Shown here piece by piece: positions 49,670-62,556 of a stretch of DNA of 64,000 bases. A program made the translations under genes and the position numbers. The stretch's first letter is position 1; each line of letters begins with the position of its first letter. Source of the stretch: Azolla caroliniana (lineage: Eukaryota; Plantae; Polypodiophyta). Below the pieces are notes generated by a model that was given only the letters and a program-made list of their open reading frames with translations, was not told the DNA's origin and made no database searches. The stretch covers positions 13,826,001 to 13,890,000 of the forward strand of contig JBHGNT010000017.1 in assembly GCA_043228905.1 (NCBI GenBank). Direction: 5' to 3'.

Positions 49670-52319
49670 AGAACCATACGTATGAATTGGTGGAGTTGCC
49701 GAAAGGAAAGCGGGCACTCCAAAATAAGTGGGTGTACAAGTTGAAACCAGGAGATGCCGGCAATCCCCCGAGATACAAAGCCAGGATCGTGGTGAAGGGG
49801 TTCCAGCAGAGGAAGGGCGTGGATTTCGACGAGAAACTTGCCCCGGTAGTAAAGATGACCTCCATCCGGACGGTGCTGAGTATAGCGGCAAGCATGGACC
49901 TCGAGGTAGAGAAGCTGGACGTGAAGACGACATTCCTTCACGGCGACCTCGAAGAGGAGATCTACATGCAGCAACCGGAAGGATTCGTGGAGAAAGGGCA
50001 GGAGCACCTGGTATGCCGATTGAAGAAGAGCCTGTACGGACTGAAGCAGGCTCCCTGAAAATGGTACCGGAAGTTCGACTCCTTCATGACCGATCAAGGG
50101 TACCACAATACGCAGACCAACACTGCGTGTTTGTGAAGAAGTTCGAAGGAGGTGACTTCCTGATACTCCTTCTGTACGTGGACGACATGTTGATCGTTGG
50201 ACGGGACCAAGCCAAAATACGGATGCTGAAGAAGGCTCTCAACCGGACCTTCTCAATGAAAGACTTGGGTCCGGCAAGACAAATGTTGGGGATGCATATT
50301 ATCAGGAACCGGTCAGTGAAGCAATTGTGGCTGTCACAGGAGAAGTACGTGACAAAGGTGCTTCACCGGTTCAACATGTCAGATGCGAAACCGGTCGGAT
50401 CGACACTCCCGGCAAACTGCAGATTATCCGGTAAGCAAAGCCCGAAGATGAAAGCAGAGAAGGCTGATATGATGAAGGTTCCATATGCCTCTGCCGTCGG
50501 GAGCTTGATGTACGCAATGGTGTGTACCCGACCAGATATAGGCTACGCAGTCGGAGTGGTGAGCCGGTTTATGAGCAATCCCGGCAAGGAGCACTGGAAC
50601 GCGGTCAAATGGATACTCAGGTACTCGAAGGGCACTTCGAATATGTGTCTCCGATTCGGCTCTGGTAAATCTCAACTTGACGGTTTTACCGATTCGGACA
50701 TGTCAGCTGATGTGGATACCAGCCGGTCTACATCCGGGTATGTAATGACATATGCAGGGGGAGCTGTTTCGTGGTAGTCGAGGCTGCAGAAGACGGTTGC
50801 GCTATCAACCACGGAGGCGGAGTACATGGCGGTTGTGGAAGCCGGCAAGGAAATATTATGGATGAAGGACTTCATCGGAGAGCTCGGTATCCAGCAAGAT
50901 GAATACCGGCTCTACTGCGACAATCAAAGTGCCATCGACCTTGCTAAGAATGCGGCCTACCATTCCCGGACGAAGCATATCCAGCGAAGGTATCACTGGA
51001 TCTGGGAAAGAGTAGATGACCAGGAGTTCGCACTGACGAAGATCCACACGGCCGAGAACGGGTCAGATATGTTGACCAAAGTACTGATACCCGACAAGCT
51101 GGATGCATGCCGGAAGCGGATCGGACTAGTAAGACATCCCATGCCAGAGTGAAGGGGGAGTTTGTTAGGAAACAGGTCCCTCCGGATGGGATGTCAGAAG
51201 AATAGTACTGATGAGCAAACTAGGCCGAGGCCGGAACCAGATGACGAGTACCCGGCTACGGAGAACCGGATGAGGAATACCCAGTTACGGAAGACCCGGT
51301 GAGAACCAGATGACGAGTACCCGGCTACGGAGAACCGGATGAGGAATACCCAGTTACGGAAGACCCGGTCAGAACTAGATGACGAGTACCCGGCTACAGA
51401 GAGCCGTATGTTGCAGACCCGGTGAGAACCGGATGACGAGTACCCGGCTACGGAAAGCCGGATGTTGCAGACCCGGTGAGAACCGGATGACAAGTACCCG
51501 GCTACGGAAAGCCGGATGTTGCAAACCTGGTGAGAACCGGATGACGAGTACCCGGCTACGGAGAGCCGGATGGTGCAGACCCGGTGAGAACCGGATGACA
51601 AGTACCCGGCAAGCGCCAGATGATGCAGGCCCGGTGAGGAGTGCTCACCGGATGAAGAGACATATTCGTAAATATGTTTCTGAGAGTCCATCGTGGCTAT
51701 ATTTGTAAATAGCCGAAAAGTCATATTAGTATAAATATGACTTAGGGCAAACTTTTTGAAGGGAGTGCGAGAGAGTTGTTGTCATTCTTGTTGGCGCAAG
51801 ATTAGAGCGCGCAACTGTGTATAGAGAGAGTGAGAGAGAGAGGAAGAGGTCGTTGCCTCTGATTGTAACCGCCGCCTGTGGCGAAGATTAAAAGCTCGAG
51901 GTTGTTGCCTCGGTGCTTTACTGTTGTACACTGTAACATAGTGATAGCTTGCAGCCTATGGGCTGCCGTGGTTTTTTCCCGAGTTTGGGTTTTCCACGTA
52001 AACATCCTGTGTACTCTTCTCTCTATTGTGTTGTGTTTCATTCCTTGTTTTCTGTGTATTATTCTAGGCTCGGTTGTGGCCGAGCGTTGCGCAAATGGAG
52101 CGTGTAGTTCTTGTCAGAATCACCTTCTTCTATATTCCACTCTCTTCTTTCCTCCACCTCTCTTCCCCCTTCCTTTATAAATTATTTCTCATATTCATAT
52201 CAAACCCGTTGTAAAATTGATTCCTATTTTATAAAAGAATCTATTATATTGTAATAAACTAATGTTTTGTTTCACCTACATGTCTTATATGTTATCGCTA
52301 TTTGTGCTTATTTGTTGTG

Positions 52320-53985
52320 TGTCTTGTGACAAGGGAGTGTTTCGGGCTTGCCCATGCATCTCTCCTTTCACAAAGGCATTCAAACTTACGTATCTTATAT
52401 GTTATTATCATTTGTGCTTATTAGTTTGTATGTCTTGTGACAAGGGAGCGTTTCGGGCTTGCCCATGCACCCCTCCTTCCACAAAGGCATTCAAACTCTA
52501 TATTCCACTCTCTTCTTTCCTCCTTCCTTTATAAATTATCTCTCATATTCATATCAAACCCGTTGTAAAATTGATTCACATTTTATAAAAGAATCTATTA
52601 TATTGCAATAAAATAATGTTTGGTTTCACCTACGTATCTTATATGTTATTGTCATTTGTGCTTATTAGTTTGTGTGTCTTGTGACAAGGGAGTGTTTCGG
52701 GCTTGCCCATGCACCTCTCCTTTCACAAAGGCATTCAAACTTACGTATCTTATATGTTATTATCATTTGTGCTTATTAGTTTGTATGTCTTGTGACAAGG
52801 GGGCGTTCCGAGCTTGCCCATGCACCTCTCCTTTCACAAAGGCATTCAAACTCTATATTCCACTCTCTTCTTTCCTCCTTCCTTTATAAATTATCTCTCA
52901 TATTCATATCAAACCCGTTGTAAAATTGATTCTTATTTTATAAAAGAATCTATTATATTGCAATAAAATAATGATTGGTTTCACCTACGTATCTTATATG
53001 TTATTGTCATTTGTGCTTATTAGTTTGTGTGTCTTGTGACAAGGGAGCATTTTGGGCTTGCCCATGCACCTCTCCTTTCACAAAGGCATTCAAACTTACG
53101 TGTCTTATATGTTATTGTCCTTTGTGCTTATCTGTTTGTGTGTCTTGTGATAAGGGAGCGTTTCGGGCTTGCCCATGCACCTCTCCTTTCACAAAATTCA
53201 AACTTTTGTGTCTTGCGTGTTAGTGTAAATCTTGCTTGTGTGTTCGTGCGACTTGTGGCAAGGGAGCGTTCGGGCTTGCCCATGCACCTCTCCTTTCCCA
53301 AAGGCATTCGAAATTGTGTCTCCCGTGTGTAAACCTTGCTTGTGTGTTCGCGTGTCTTGTAACAAGGAGCGTTTAGGCTTTGCCCATGCACCTCTTTTTT
53401 CACAAAGGCATTCGAAACTGTCTCTCGTGTGTGTAAGTAAGCCTTTTCCTTGTGTGTTCGCATGTCTTGTAACAAGGCAGCATTCGGGCTTGCCCATGCA
53501 CCTCTCTTTTCACAAAATTCAAACTTTTGTGTCTTGCGTGTTAGTGTAAATCTTGCTTGTGTGTTCGTGCAACTTGTGGCAAGGGAGCGTTCGGGCTTGC
53601 CCATGCACCTCTCCTTTCCCAAAGGCATGCAAAATTGTGTCTCCCGTGTGTAAAACTTGCTTGTGTGTTCGCGTGTCTTGTAACAAGGGAGTGTTTAGGC
53701 TTTGCCCATGCACCTCTTTTTTCACAAAGGCATTCGAAACTCTGTCTCTCATGTGTGTAAGTAAGCCTTTTCCTTGTGTGTTCGCATGTCTTGTAACAAG
53801 GCAGCATTCGGGCTTGCCCATGCACCTCTCTTTTCACAAAGGCATTCGAAATTATGTCTCTCATGTGTGTAAGTAAGCCTTTTTTCTAGTGTGTCTGTGT
53901 GTAAGCCTTCCTCACGTGCATTCGTTCGCCTTGTGACTAGGGGTTGATTCGGGCTTGCCCATGCACCTCTCCTTTTCACAAACTC
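52320..53985 (+). repeat. Array of 13 copies of a 55-60-bp hairpin-forming core, arranged in higher-order units
   Basis: Core cttgtgacaagggagcgtttcgggcttgcccatgcacctctcctttcacaaagg; spacing mostly about 105-112 bp, twice about 244 bp; super-units of about 355-370 bp and about 320 bp. Confidence 0.92.
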
Positions 53986-56034
53986 GTTCGGATACTCGTG
54001 CCTTGTTTGTGTAAGCCTTCCTTGTGTTGTGTGTGTGAGACCTATTTCCTTCCAGTCCATACCCCCGGCGGTTCTGCCTCACGATCCGCAAATAGTGACG
54101 GATTATCACGACAACGCAGAAGTCGCCGAAGCCAGATGGCTTCACATGTGGCAATGGTAGCACCCTGGTATTCAGCCTCAGTGCTCGACAGAGCCACTGT
54201 TGGCTGCTTTTTGCTACTCCATGCAACAACCGTGCTACAAAGAGAAAACATGTAACCAGAGGTGGATCGGCGATCCGATGCATCACCAGCCCGGTCGGCA
54301 TCTGTGTATCCGACTAGCTCTTCAGTTATACCATACCGGTATAACAGTCCCCGGTCATTTGTGCCGCTCACATACCGCAACATTCGATGCGCGCACTGAA
54401 AGTGCTCCATGGTTGGCTTCTACATGAACTGGTTGATCACTCTGACTAGATAACTGATGTCGGGTCGGGTGATTGTCAAGTAGAAAAGGTTTCCGACAAT
54501 TTGTCGGAACTGTTTCTCATCGTAGGCCGGTCCGGAGTCGGGGCGTAGCTTCAGGTTCTGGTCCAGGGGTGTGGAGATCGGTCAGCATTCAGTCATGCCG
54601 AAATTGTACAACATATTCAACACATAATGGCGTTGTGAGAGCAATATGCCATCGGGGGTTCAGATCACCTCGATCCCAAGAAAATAATGAAGGTCCCCCA
54701 TGTTCTTCATTTCAAATGCGCCCGACAGTTGGGACTTCACTCGGTCAATTTCAACGAGTCTGGGTCCGATGATGACTAAATCAACAACATAAAGCAAAAT
54801 GCAAACCGGATCATCCGGTCCATTCTGGATGCAAAATGAAGAGTTGGACTTTGAGGCCGCAAACCCCATCTTACGCAACCGGTGCGTGATCTTCGCATTC
54901 CAAGCTCGAGGGGCTTGCTTTAGACTGTAAAGCGACTTTTTGAGTCGGCACACTGCCGACTTGTTCATCTCCGATTGGAAACCGGGGGGTTGCGTGGGTT
55001 TGTGTGTATCCCTTCGCCACTAACCGGGCCTTGTACCGGTTGACCAAACCGTCAGCGTTGTACTTTACCTTGTACACCTATTTGCAACCGATCAGTTTGC
55101 ATTGTTGGGGAGGGTCAACTAGGTCCCATGTATCGTTGGCATCTAGTGCCTGCATTTCTTCCTCCATAACAGCACGCCAATTTGCATCTTTTGCTGCTTC
55201 TGTGTAGCTCTCCGGCTCACGCACTTCTGCCACCTTAGTCATGTACGAATAGTGATGCGCCATGTATTCATTGTACCTGTACCTCATGACGGTTTTCTTC
55301 TAACGAGTTGACTGGTGTAACTTTTTGTTAGCCGGTTTCAGTCCCTTCTTGGCCGGTTCAGACTTCCTTTCTGAAGATCTGCATTCTTCCTTTTCGGGAT
55401 CAGATTCATTCCGATCCAACCCTTCACCACCGGTGTCATATTCCGACATCTTCTTCTTCCCCTTCTCTTTGCGCGTGAACCGTTTCCTCGGTTCCTTGCG
55501 CAGGGAGAGCATGACAGAGTCTCCACTACTCGCCGGTTCTTCATACGACTATTCATCCCGACTTAGCCGCTCATTCGGTCCACTAAGCCAGAATGAGATT
55601 GGATTCTCTTCTAGAGTGTCGAAGTCTTCATCATCTTCTTGGACCTCCTCGAGCTCACTAGCCTCATCTTCCGAAATCGGGTCTTCGTCGGGAGTTGGAG
55701 TCGGCAGCGTGTACCATGATGCCGACTCATCAAACTTGACATTCGACTTACTCGTACCTGTTTAGTCTGGGGGCTATAGCACTTATACCCCTTTTGCTCA
55801 TGCGAGTAACCGGCTAGGATGCACTTCTTCAACTTCGAATCTAGCTTCTTCCGCTTCTCATCTGGTACATGCACATATGCTATGCTACTAAATATCCGAA
55901 GGTGCCTGAAATTCGGCTTCCGCCCAAAATACAACTCATGTGCTCACATCTTGTCTCTGATCTGGTTTTGGATGTAGACAGTCGTCTGGACCACCTTAGC
56001 CCAATAGAATTGCAGATCTTAAAGCCTCTGGTAC

Positions 56035-56733
56035 TGTTGAGAACTCGACGTTCTTTATGTCCTACGCTCGGCCACAACCGAGCTTCTTTTCACACATAGA
56101 AAAAACAGGTAATGAAAACGCGACACAAAAGAGGAGAAATGGTACACAGGAGGTATACGTGGAAAACCCCAAAATAGGGGAAAAACCACGACAGCCCACA
56201 AGCTGCAAACTATCACTATGCAGAAATATACAACAGTGAGATCACTGAGGCAACGACCTCGTGCTCTCAGATCTTCGCCACAGGCGGCGGTTACAACAGA
56301 GGCTACGACCTCGTCTCTCTCTCTCTCTCTCTCTATACAGTTTTCGCGCTCTGATATCTTCTTTCACCAACAAGAAAGAATAAATACAACATAAAACGAC
56401 AACAACTATGAAAAAAACTAAAAGTTTGCCCTAAGTCATATTTATACTAATATGACTCTTCGGCTATTTACAAATGTAGCCTCGATGGGCTCTATCCGAC
56501 TCTCTGCAGTCGGGTACTCCTCATCCGGTTCATACCGGGCCTACACCATCCGACTCTCTGCAGTCGGGTACTCCTCATCCGGTTCATACCGGGCCTATAC
56601 CATCCGACTCTCCGAAGTCGGGTTCTCCCCATCCGGTTCATACCGTTTCGGCCTCGGCCTGTCGGCCTCGGCCGAGTTTGTTCGTCGGCACTGTTCTTCT
56701 CCCTTCCCATCCGGAGGGACCTGTCTACCAACA
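56035..56733 (-). mobile_element. Solo LTR, family A variant
   Basis: TG...CA termini; TSD GGTAC (56030-56034 and 56734-56738); three 54-bp repeats. Confidence 0.92.
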
Positions 56734-58676
56734 GGTACTTGACGTGGTCGATTCGCTTATGCTAGAGATCGATATCCGATTCAATCTTCTGTCCTTTTGC
56801 AAATGTGGCGGTGCCGACGTAATTTGTGTTGAAGATGAACATCCTCCCTTCCCTGTGCCCTTGCGCAATTATCCGGCCTTCTTCCTCGATGAAGCACCCG
56901 AGGTGTGTAAACCGCACCTCCATTCCCTGGTCGACGATTTGTCCGACCGATACCAGGTTCTTTGTGATAGTCGGAACGTGTAGTACGTTCATCAGCTTTC
57001 CCTTTTGTCTGGCATGGCTTAAAGGGACTTCTCCAACATGCACAATCGGGTGAAGGGTGTCGTCTCTGGTTTCGAATCCTCGGTTGTTCCGGCTTCTCCA
57101 AAAAATAGAACCACTCTTCATGGCTTGTCATGTGGTTGGACGCTCCGGAATCAACGTACCATACTTCCTCTGATCCGGAAGTGGTCTTCTTCATTGAGTT
57201 TGCCTTGTGCTTCATCACAAAGGCTGGCCCTTTTCCGGTCTTCCCGTTTTCGGATCCTTCTGATCCTTCCGCGTAGTGTGAACTTTGTCGGTTTTCCTGA
57301 CTGGCTTTGTTGGATCCGGATTTGTTCGAATCGGCACACTTCTTCCAACACTCGCTCTCCTTGTGGCCTTTCTTGCCACAGTACCAACATTTAGTTTCGG
57401 CCTTTCCTTGCCGGTTTCCCGCACCGTTATAGCTCCCCTTGCTTTTGGAGGGTCCGGAACTGTTGTCATCACTTTCTTTGTGCCTTCGGTTCTGCCCTTG
57501 CCAGCTGTCTCCATTGCGTGCCAACCCACCTCGTCCTCCACGCCCACGGGACCGATCCGCCTCTGTGTACAACATCCGGTTGTCCGATTGCGTGGTCCTC
57601 AACCCACTTGCGTGGTTTTCTTCGACCTTCAACATTGATTGTAAGTCGAAGAAGGACGGTGGCTTCTCCCAAGTGCAAATTGCCGTCTGGATTGGCCGGT
57701 ATCATTGTGTTAGACCACCGAGGCAGATTTGAACCATCTCATTTTCATCCACCGTCACGTTGATGGATCCGAGCATGTCGCAAATCTCCTTTATCTTGGT
57801 GGTGTAGTCCGTAACCGGCATATCTCTTTGCCGGATGTTGTTTAGCTCTTGCCGGAGTTGCAACTTACGGGCTATGGTACTCGCGGCGAAAATCTTCCGA
57901 AGATTTTCCCAGGCTTCCTTTGGCGTTTTTGCATCCTTGATGTAGCCGAGCATCTGATCATGCACATAGGAGGGGAGGCAGTACAAAACTCAGCTCCGGC
58001 GCTACCTCATTGTCCTTGTCTGCTGGTTCTAGTGCTACCTCGTTGGTTCCTTCCACGTAGCTCCAATATCCATGCCCTAGAAGGTACTGGTGCATTTTAT
58101 ATGACTAGGACACAAAGTTGCTCTGGTCGAGCTTCTTTGTGGGAAGTGAACTCGCCATACCTCTGTCCATATCTTTCTCTGTCTATCCTTACTGGGTATT
58201 AGGGTTTGTCTTCGAAAGCTTCTATCGGCTGCAGAGGTTCTCAACCCTCGAGCTCTAATACCATGTCAAAGTAAACATGCAGAAGCATTTGACAAACCGG
58301 CTCAGCCGGATAGCAATAGAAGATAAAAGGAAAACTCAATGCACACAGAGAGTACACGTACGCAGGAGAGAGAGAGAGAGAGCAGAACATAAACTCAATT
58401 CAAAATAACACTCTGAAAACTCTGTACATACAACGTGCTAAACATCACTATTTATACAAGTCCTCAAAAGGACTGACAGAAGTACTATGTACTTTAATTC
58501 TCATACGAGCAATTGACACTAACTACGAGACAATGATTTCCTAGTAGTCTAGGCTACTACTAGGCTTCTGGTTCGCACTCAAATCCGGCTCTCCGATCCG
58601 TGTCCTGGTTCCGGATATCATCCGGACACCGATCCAATTCTCCGTTCCGGATCCGGTTGAGCTTGCTCGTTCAACA

Positions 58677-61281
58677 CTCTTCAAGGGACGAGTTGATGTA
58701 TATGCGGTCTAGCCGTGCAAGACTACCACCCCTAGCATTCGCAGCAACTGGGGAGAAGTGTAGTGAATGTGAGCATATCCTAAGGGAAGAGCCCCATGTA
58801 TCCTTCACCCCAAATTTGCCAATTAGGAAAGCCTATGAATCCAACTACGCACCATGAACCAGTCTCTAGGTCCCCCCTTTCCTATCTCCCAAGTGCTCAA
58901 TCATGTTGAAATCACCAGCCATTACCCATGCCTCTACATTAGGCAATGTTGTTCCTAACATCCTCCAGACGATTGCTCTCTCGGGGGAAGAGTTAGGGGC
59001 ATAAATGTTTAGCACCCCAATCTGAAGGTGATTCCATTTCAGAAGCACATATAAGGCTCTACCCACCACCAATGTGCCATGTGATGTTACTTCATATCAG
59101 CCTTATCGCTGATCGAGATGCAGATCCCTCCTCTTCGGTGGAGGTCACCCTGTGCAACCGACCACCATGTGGTCCACGCACCGGACAAGGGGTTTACTAG
59201 GCTCTAAGCTCTCTCTTGAGAGAGGTGGTGTTCCTGCAAAAGCAATATGTCAATGTTGCCCCCAATATTAAGGGGATTCAACTCCTCCCAAAGTCTTTTG
59301 CACTCATGATGTTGCTGGCCTCCACCAAAGCCCTATACATTCCACGTTAGGATCCTCATTCGAAGGCGGTGAGGTTGGCGCCCATGTTGGGGCTGACCCC
59401 CATGTCATGCGGCAAACTATCATCTACTTCTAGGGGAAGGGACTCCACAGTAGATTGCAGAGCCCCTAAGGGATTCTCAGCCTGTCGTTCCCAACCCGCT
59501 TCAAATAGTTCCCGCGATACATTTTGGCTCCTAAGCGGTTGCACATCCTACACCCCTCTATCCCAGAGAGACGTCGCCAAACCCGATGATGGTCTGCCTA
59601 TATTACCCATCCCTTTGCCCTTGATCTTGCCTGTCCGGATCCACGATTTCACTAATCTGAGGTCACCACCACATTCACGTTCCATCATGAGGGGGACCTT
59701 TGTCAACATCTCCTCTGGGGTGGACAGTACCAGTTGTGGTTGCATCTCCATCGGGGTGGAGAACCGCGATACATTTTGGCTCCTAAGCGGTTGCACATCC
59801 TACACCCCTCTATCCCAGAGAAATGTTGCCAAACCCGGTGATGGTCTGCCTATATTACCCGTCCCTTTGCCCTTGATCTTGCCCGTCCGGATCCACGATT
59901 TCACTAATCTGAGGTCACCACCACATTCACGTTCCATCATGAGGGGGACCTTTGTCAACATCTCCTCCGGGGTGGACAGTACCAGTTGCAGTTGCATCTC
60001 CATTGGGGTGGAGAACACGAGCTTAGGATCTCGTGGGGGAAGGGACAAGGATTCGTATAGGGACAACGTTGCTACCAACGCTTCTGTGTTGCCATTGCCT
60101 AGCCCTTGGAGCAATGTAAATATGTTGTTCACTCTCACTTATAGGTTGTGTGCCTCCGCACTCCCTGAGAGGATCTTCACCCGTTTCAAGGGTTGTTCGT
60201 CCACGCTTACTGGTGATAAGGTAGTGGGACTTCTTTCTACGAGACGATCTTGAGAGAGGGGGGGAGAGGTTGCACCTAGACTTCCAAGTTTCCCATGCTT
60301 CTTAACGAGTTGTCAAGGAGCTTTGTCGCCCTTGGTTGGCGTGGCCTTCCCTGACGTTCGAGGTCCCAAGCTTCCCTTTCCAATCTTACGAGGACATTCC
60401 TTAGCTAGGTGTCCTTTCGGTTTGCAAATGAAACATTGCCCAGGAGTCCCTCATAAACCACGTTCACCATTGTGAGACCGAGCTCCTCAGAGTAGAGCCT
60501 AATTCTTGTTGGAAGCCCATGGAGGGAAGGCATTAAGATGCGTAGCTTGGGCACCTTTGCTACTGTATCTACCATGGACATTTTTTTAGTGCAAATCGTT
60601 CCTATTTGTTTGCCAAAAAAAGGAAGCATATGGCACAAGTGGGGAGGGAGGCCAGGAAATGTTGCGGTGCTCACCCTAGGATTGTTAAGTTTCCGCAATT
60701 CCTCAATTGGATTGAACCCTAGTGACCACAGCAGGAGCAACACCTTGTCGTACTTCAATTCAAGTACCTTGAGGTCTACCAATGGTTGTGCCATCACGCC
60801 ATCACCCAATTCAATGTGGAAGAAATTTTTCCCTAAACCCCGAACGCTCTTGATCAAAGGCATGTTTTCCATCACAGCCACTTGAAGCATGTCCCGAACC
60901 ATGCCACAACTTGGTCTACCTACAAGAAACCTACATACAAAGGAAGTACGACGTAGGCATTCGATTTCCTCCGCTACACACCCATGCAGAATGGAGTGGC
61001 TGAATGGTGTTGTGAAGATTCTGGGCTATGGTGAGAAACTGGGAGATATTGGAGGAATTGGCAAGGTGCACCATGTGCACCCACTCTTGTAGAACTTGTA
61101 TAGGGAATAGGGGCACCGAACAGTAATAAAGTCGGGACGGAGGATCCCATGTATCACGGGATTTATCCCACATAATCACGTAACCCTCGCCTTGTTCTAT
61201 AAAAGGGAGGGAGCGCTTCTTGTACAGGGGTTCCCACCCGTTGGGTCCCAAACAGTTTTGTTCTTTACTTAGGGGTTCCAC
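58677..61281 (-). mobile_element. L1-clade LINE, 5' part (ORF1 remnant and APE endonuclease); same element as 31201-33842
   Basis: ORF1 VRGLGKNFFHIEL plus CFICKPKGHLAKEC knuckle; ILTWNV, NIYAPN, AGDFN; frame rejoins across the CTCTT TSD. Confidence 0.88.
59512..60016. repeat. 252-bp tandem duplication within the L1 ORF1 C-terminal region
   Basis: ccgcgatacattttggctcc starts at 59512 and 59764; few mismatches between copies. Confidence 0.92.
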
Positions 61282-61492
61282 GGAGTTCCCTCTACGGACT
61301 CTGTGTTCTTTGTATTACAGCTTCAGTTAGTCTCTTTCTCGTAGTGTCAGTTTTTGTTTTTGTTTCCATCTGTGTATCTCCATTCCTGTCTCTGCTAGGG
61401 TTTCGAGTGTTGGTGTTCTTTATTAGGGTTAGGGTGTGAGTTCGTTTGTGGACGTGAGTGAGTGAGCGCGGCCGGGACGACAAACAACGCGC

Positions 61493-62556
61493 TATCATGA
61501 AGATTTTCGGCAATAGTGTGAAAATCCCATAAAACGTACAAAATCGAGTATAAATCACATAATACAATAATTGTGAAGATAACATTTTAAATAAATTAAA
61601 TATCTAAGTACAAAATGATGCAGGTTTCGAATGCACTTTATTACACGAGAAACGGATAACTAAATGTCAAGATATGAGGGTATAAAGTTTGTGAAAGGAA
61701 AAGAGAAAATTGTGAGATATCCCACATAGGCACGACAAATACGGCTCTCATCATATATAAGGTGGAGCAAAAGATATTATCTTTGTGTCTATGTGTGGAG
61801 CATAGAGAGTTCAAGGCAACTTGAACTAAGAGTGGAGGTGGGCTAGCTACTCGTAAAGGGTTTTGGCCAACCAAAACCGGACCGGCGATGGAGCCGGTGA
61901 TCCGACGACATCCGGTGCTAGTGAGAGACCGGCATCCGACGGCAATCCGGCGACGGCGAGGCACCGGCATCCGACGAACCGGCGTCCGGCGACTAGATAA
62001 ATAAATATATAAATATTATACATATATACATATACAAGGAGGGCAAGGAAGGATTCAAACCTTGCACCTCCAAGTTAGGAATCAATTGGCTTACCATTAA
62101 GCCATGCTATTTAGTTGAAAGTATATTTCAATCATTGTACTTTTACATGTAAATTCTCATACATGAGAGCTAAAATGAGTGACATGGTTATCATGCACCA
62201 CATGTAATACATAAGCGCCAAATGGCAAACATGCAATTTATGCATGTCTTGTACCCTCACATGCATCATATGCATGAGAGCATCTATAAAAGAAGGGGGA
62301 GGAGAAAAAACACGTTTTTTTTATTATGAAATTAAGAAGAAGAAATTCGTTATCAAATTGATGGTGTAACTTGTTTCTTAAATCCAAAGATAAAAGTTTA
62401 ATCAATCTCTCTCAATCGTTTAATCTCAACTTCTCTCTTTCCCAATCTATCTTAAGTACTTTCTCGCCAAATCTTGTACCGACTTTGAATCCTTTCGGTC
62501 CAGAACCCTGGCGGTTCCGCCTCACGATCCGCGCGTAGTGACGGATCTTCACGACA
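61493..62556 (+). mobile_element. Solo LTR-like element, family F relative (1064 bp)
   Basis: Termini TATCATGAAGAT...ATCTTCACGACA; flanks GCGC/GCAC; TATA near 62285; terminal 45 bp match 54067-54113. Confidence 0.7.

Larger units (their letters stand above)
35841..52116 (+). mobile_element. Full-length Tork/Tnt1-like copia (family A); LTRs 35841-36620 and 51163-52116
   Basis: TSD GAATC; PBS tggtatcagagc 36624-36635; PPT gaagggggag; gag, CFYCGKPGHFQKNC, VVDSGAS, integrase (43268-44587), RT YASAVGSLMYAMVCTRPDI, RNase H; several stops. Confidence 0.95.
35258..54113 (+). mobile_element. Solo LTR-like element (family F, probably Ty3/gypsy), about 2.6 kb net, split by copia A
   Basis: Interrupts B RNase H (LRRLLR|DLWIEVP); termini TATCATGA...TCACGACA; 4-bp TSD ACGC; TATA box near 35718; 3' end matches 62510-62556. 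Confidence 0.8.
33843..58676 (-). mobile_element. Copia family-B element with both LTRs (3' LTR 33843-34323, 5' LTR 58264-58676), host to nested insertions
   Basis: TSD CTCTT (33838-33842 and 58677-58681); tRNA-iMet-type PBS tggtattagagc; PPT at 34324; decayed gag-pol in 54114-58160 and 34324-35257; integrase core deleted near 56010. Confidence 0.93.

Noticed and set aside
51429-51500. Hammerhead-like TGACGA-GTA...TAC-GGAAA in family-A LTR repeats
   Set aside because: C3 is A, the GAAA box is offset and reads GGAGA in most copies, and stems I and III are not evident.
52320-53985. CRISPR array or canonical hammerhead ribozyme
   Set aside because: Linkers are homologous to each other and recur in higher-order units; no CUGANGA core on either strand.
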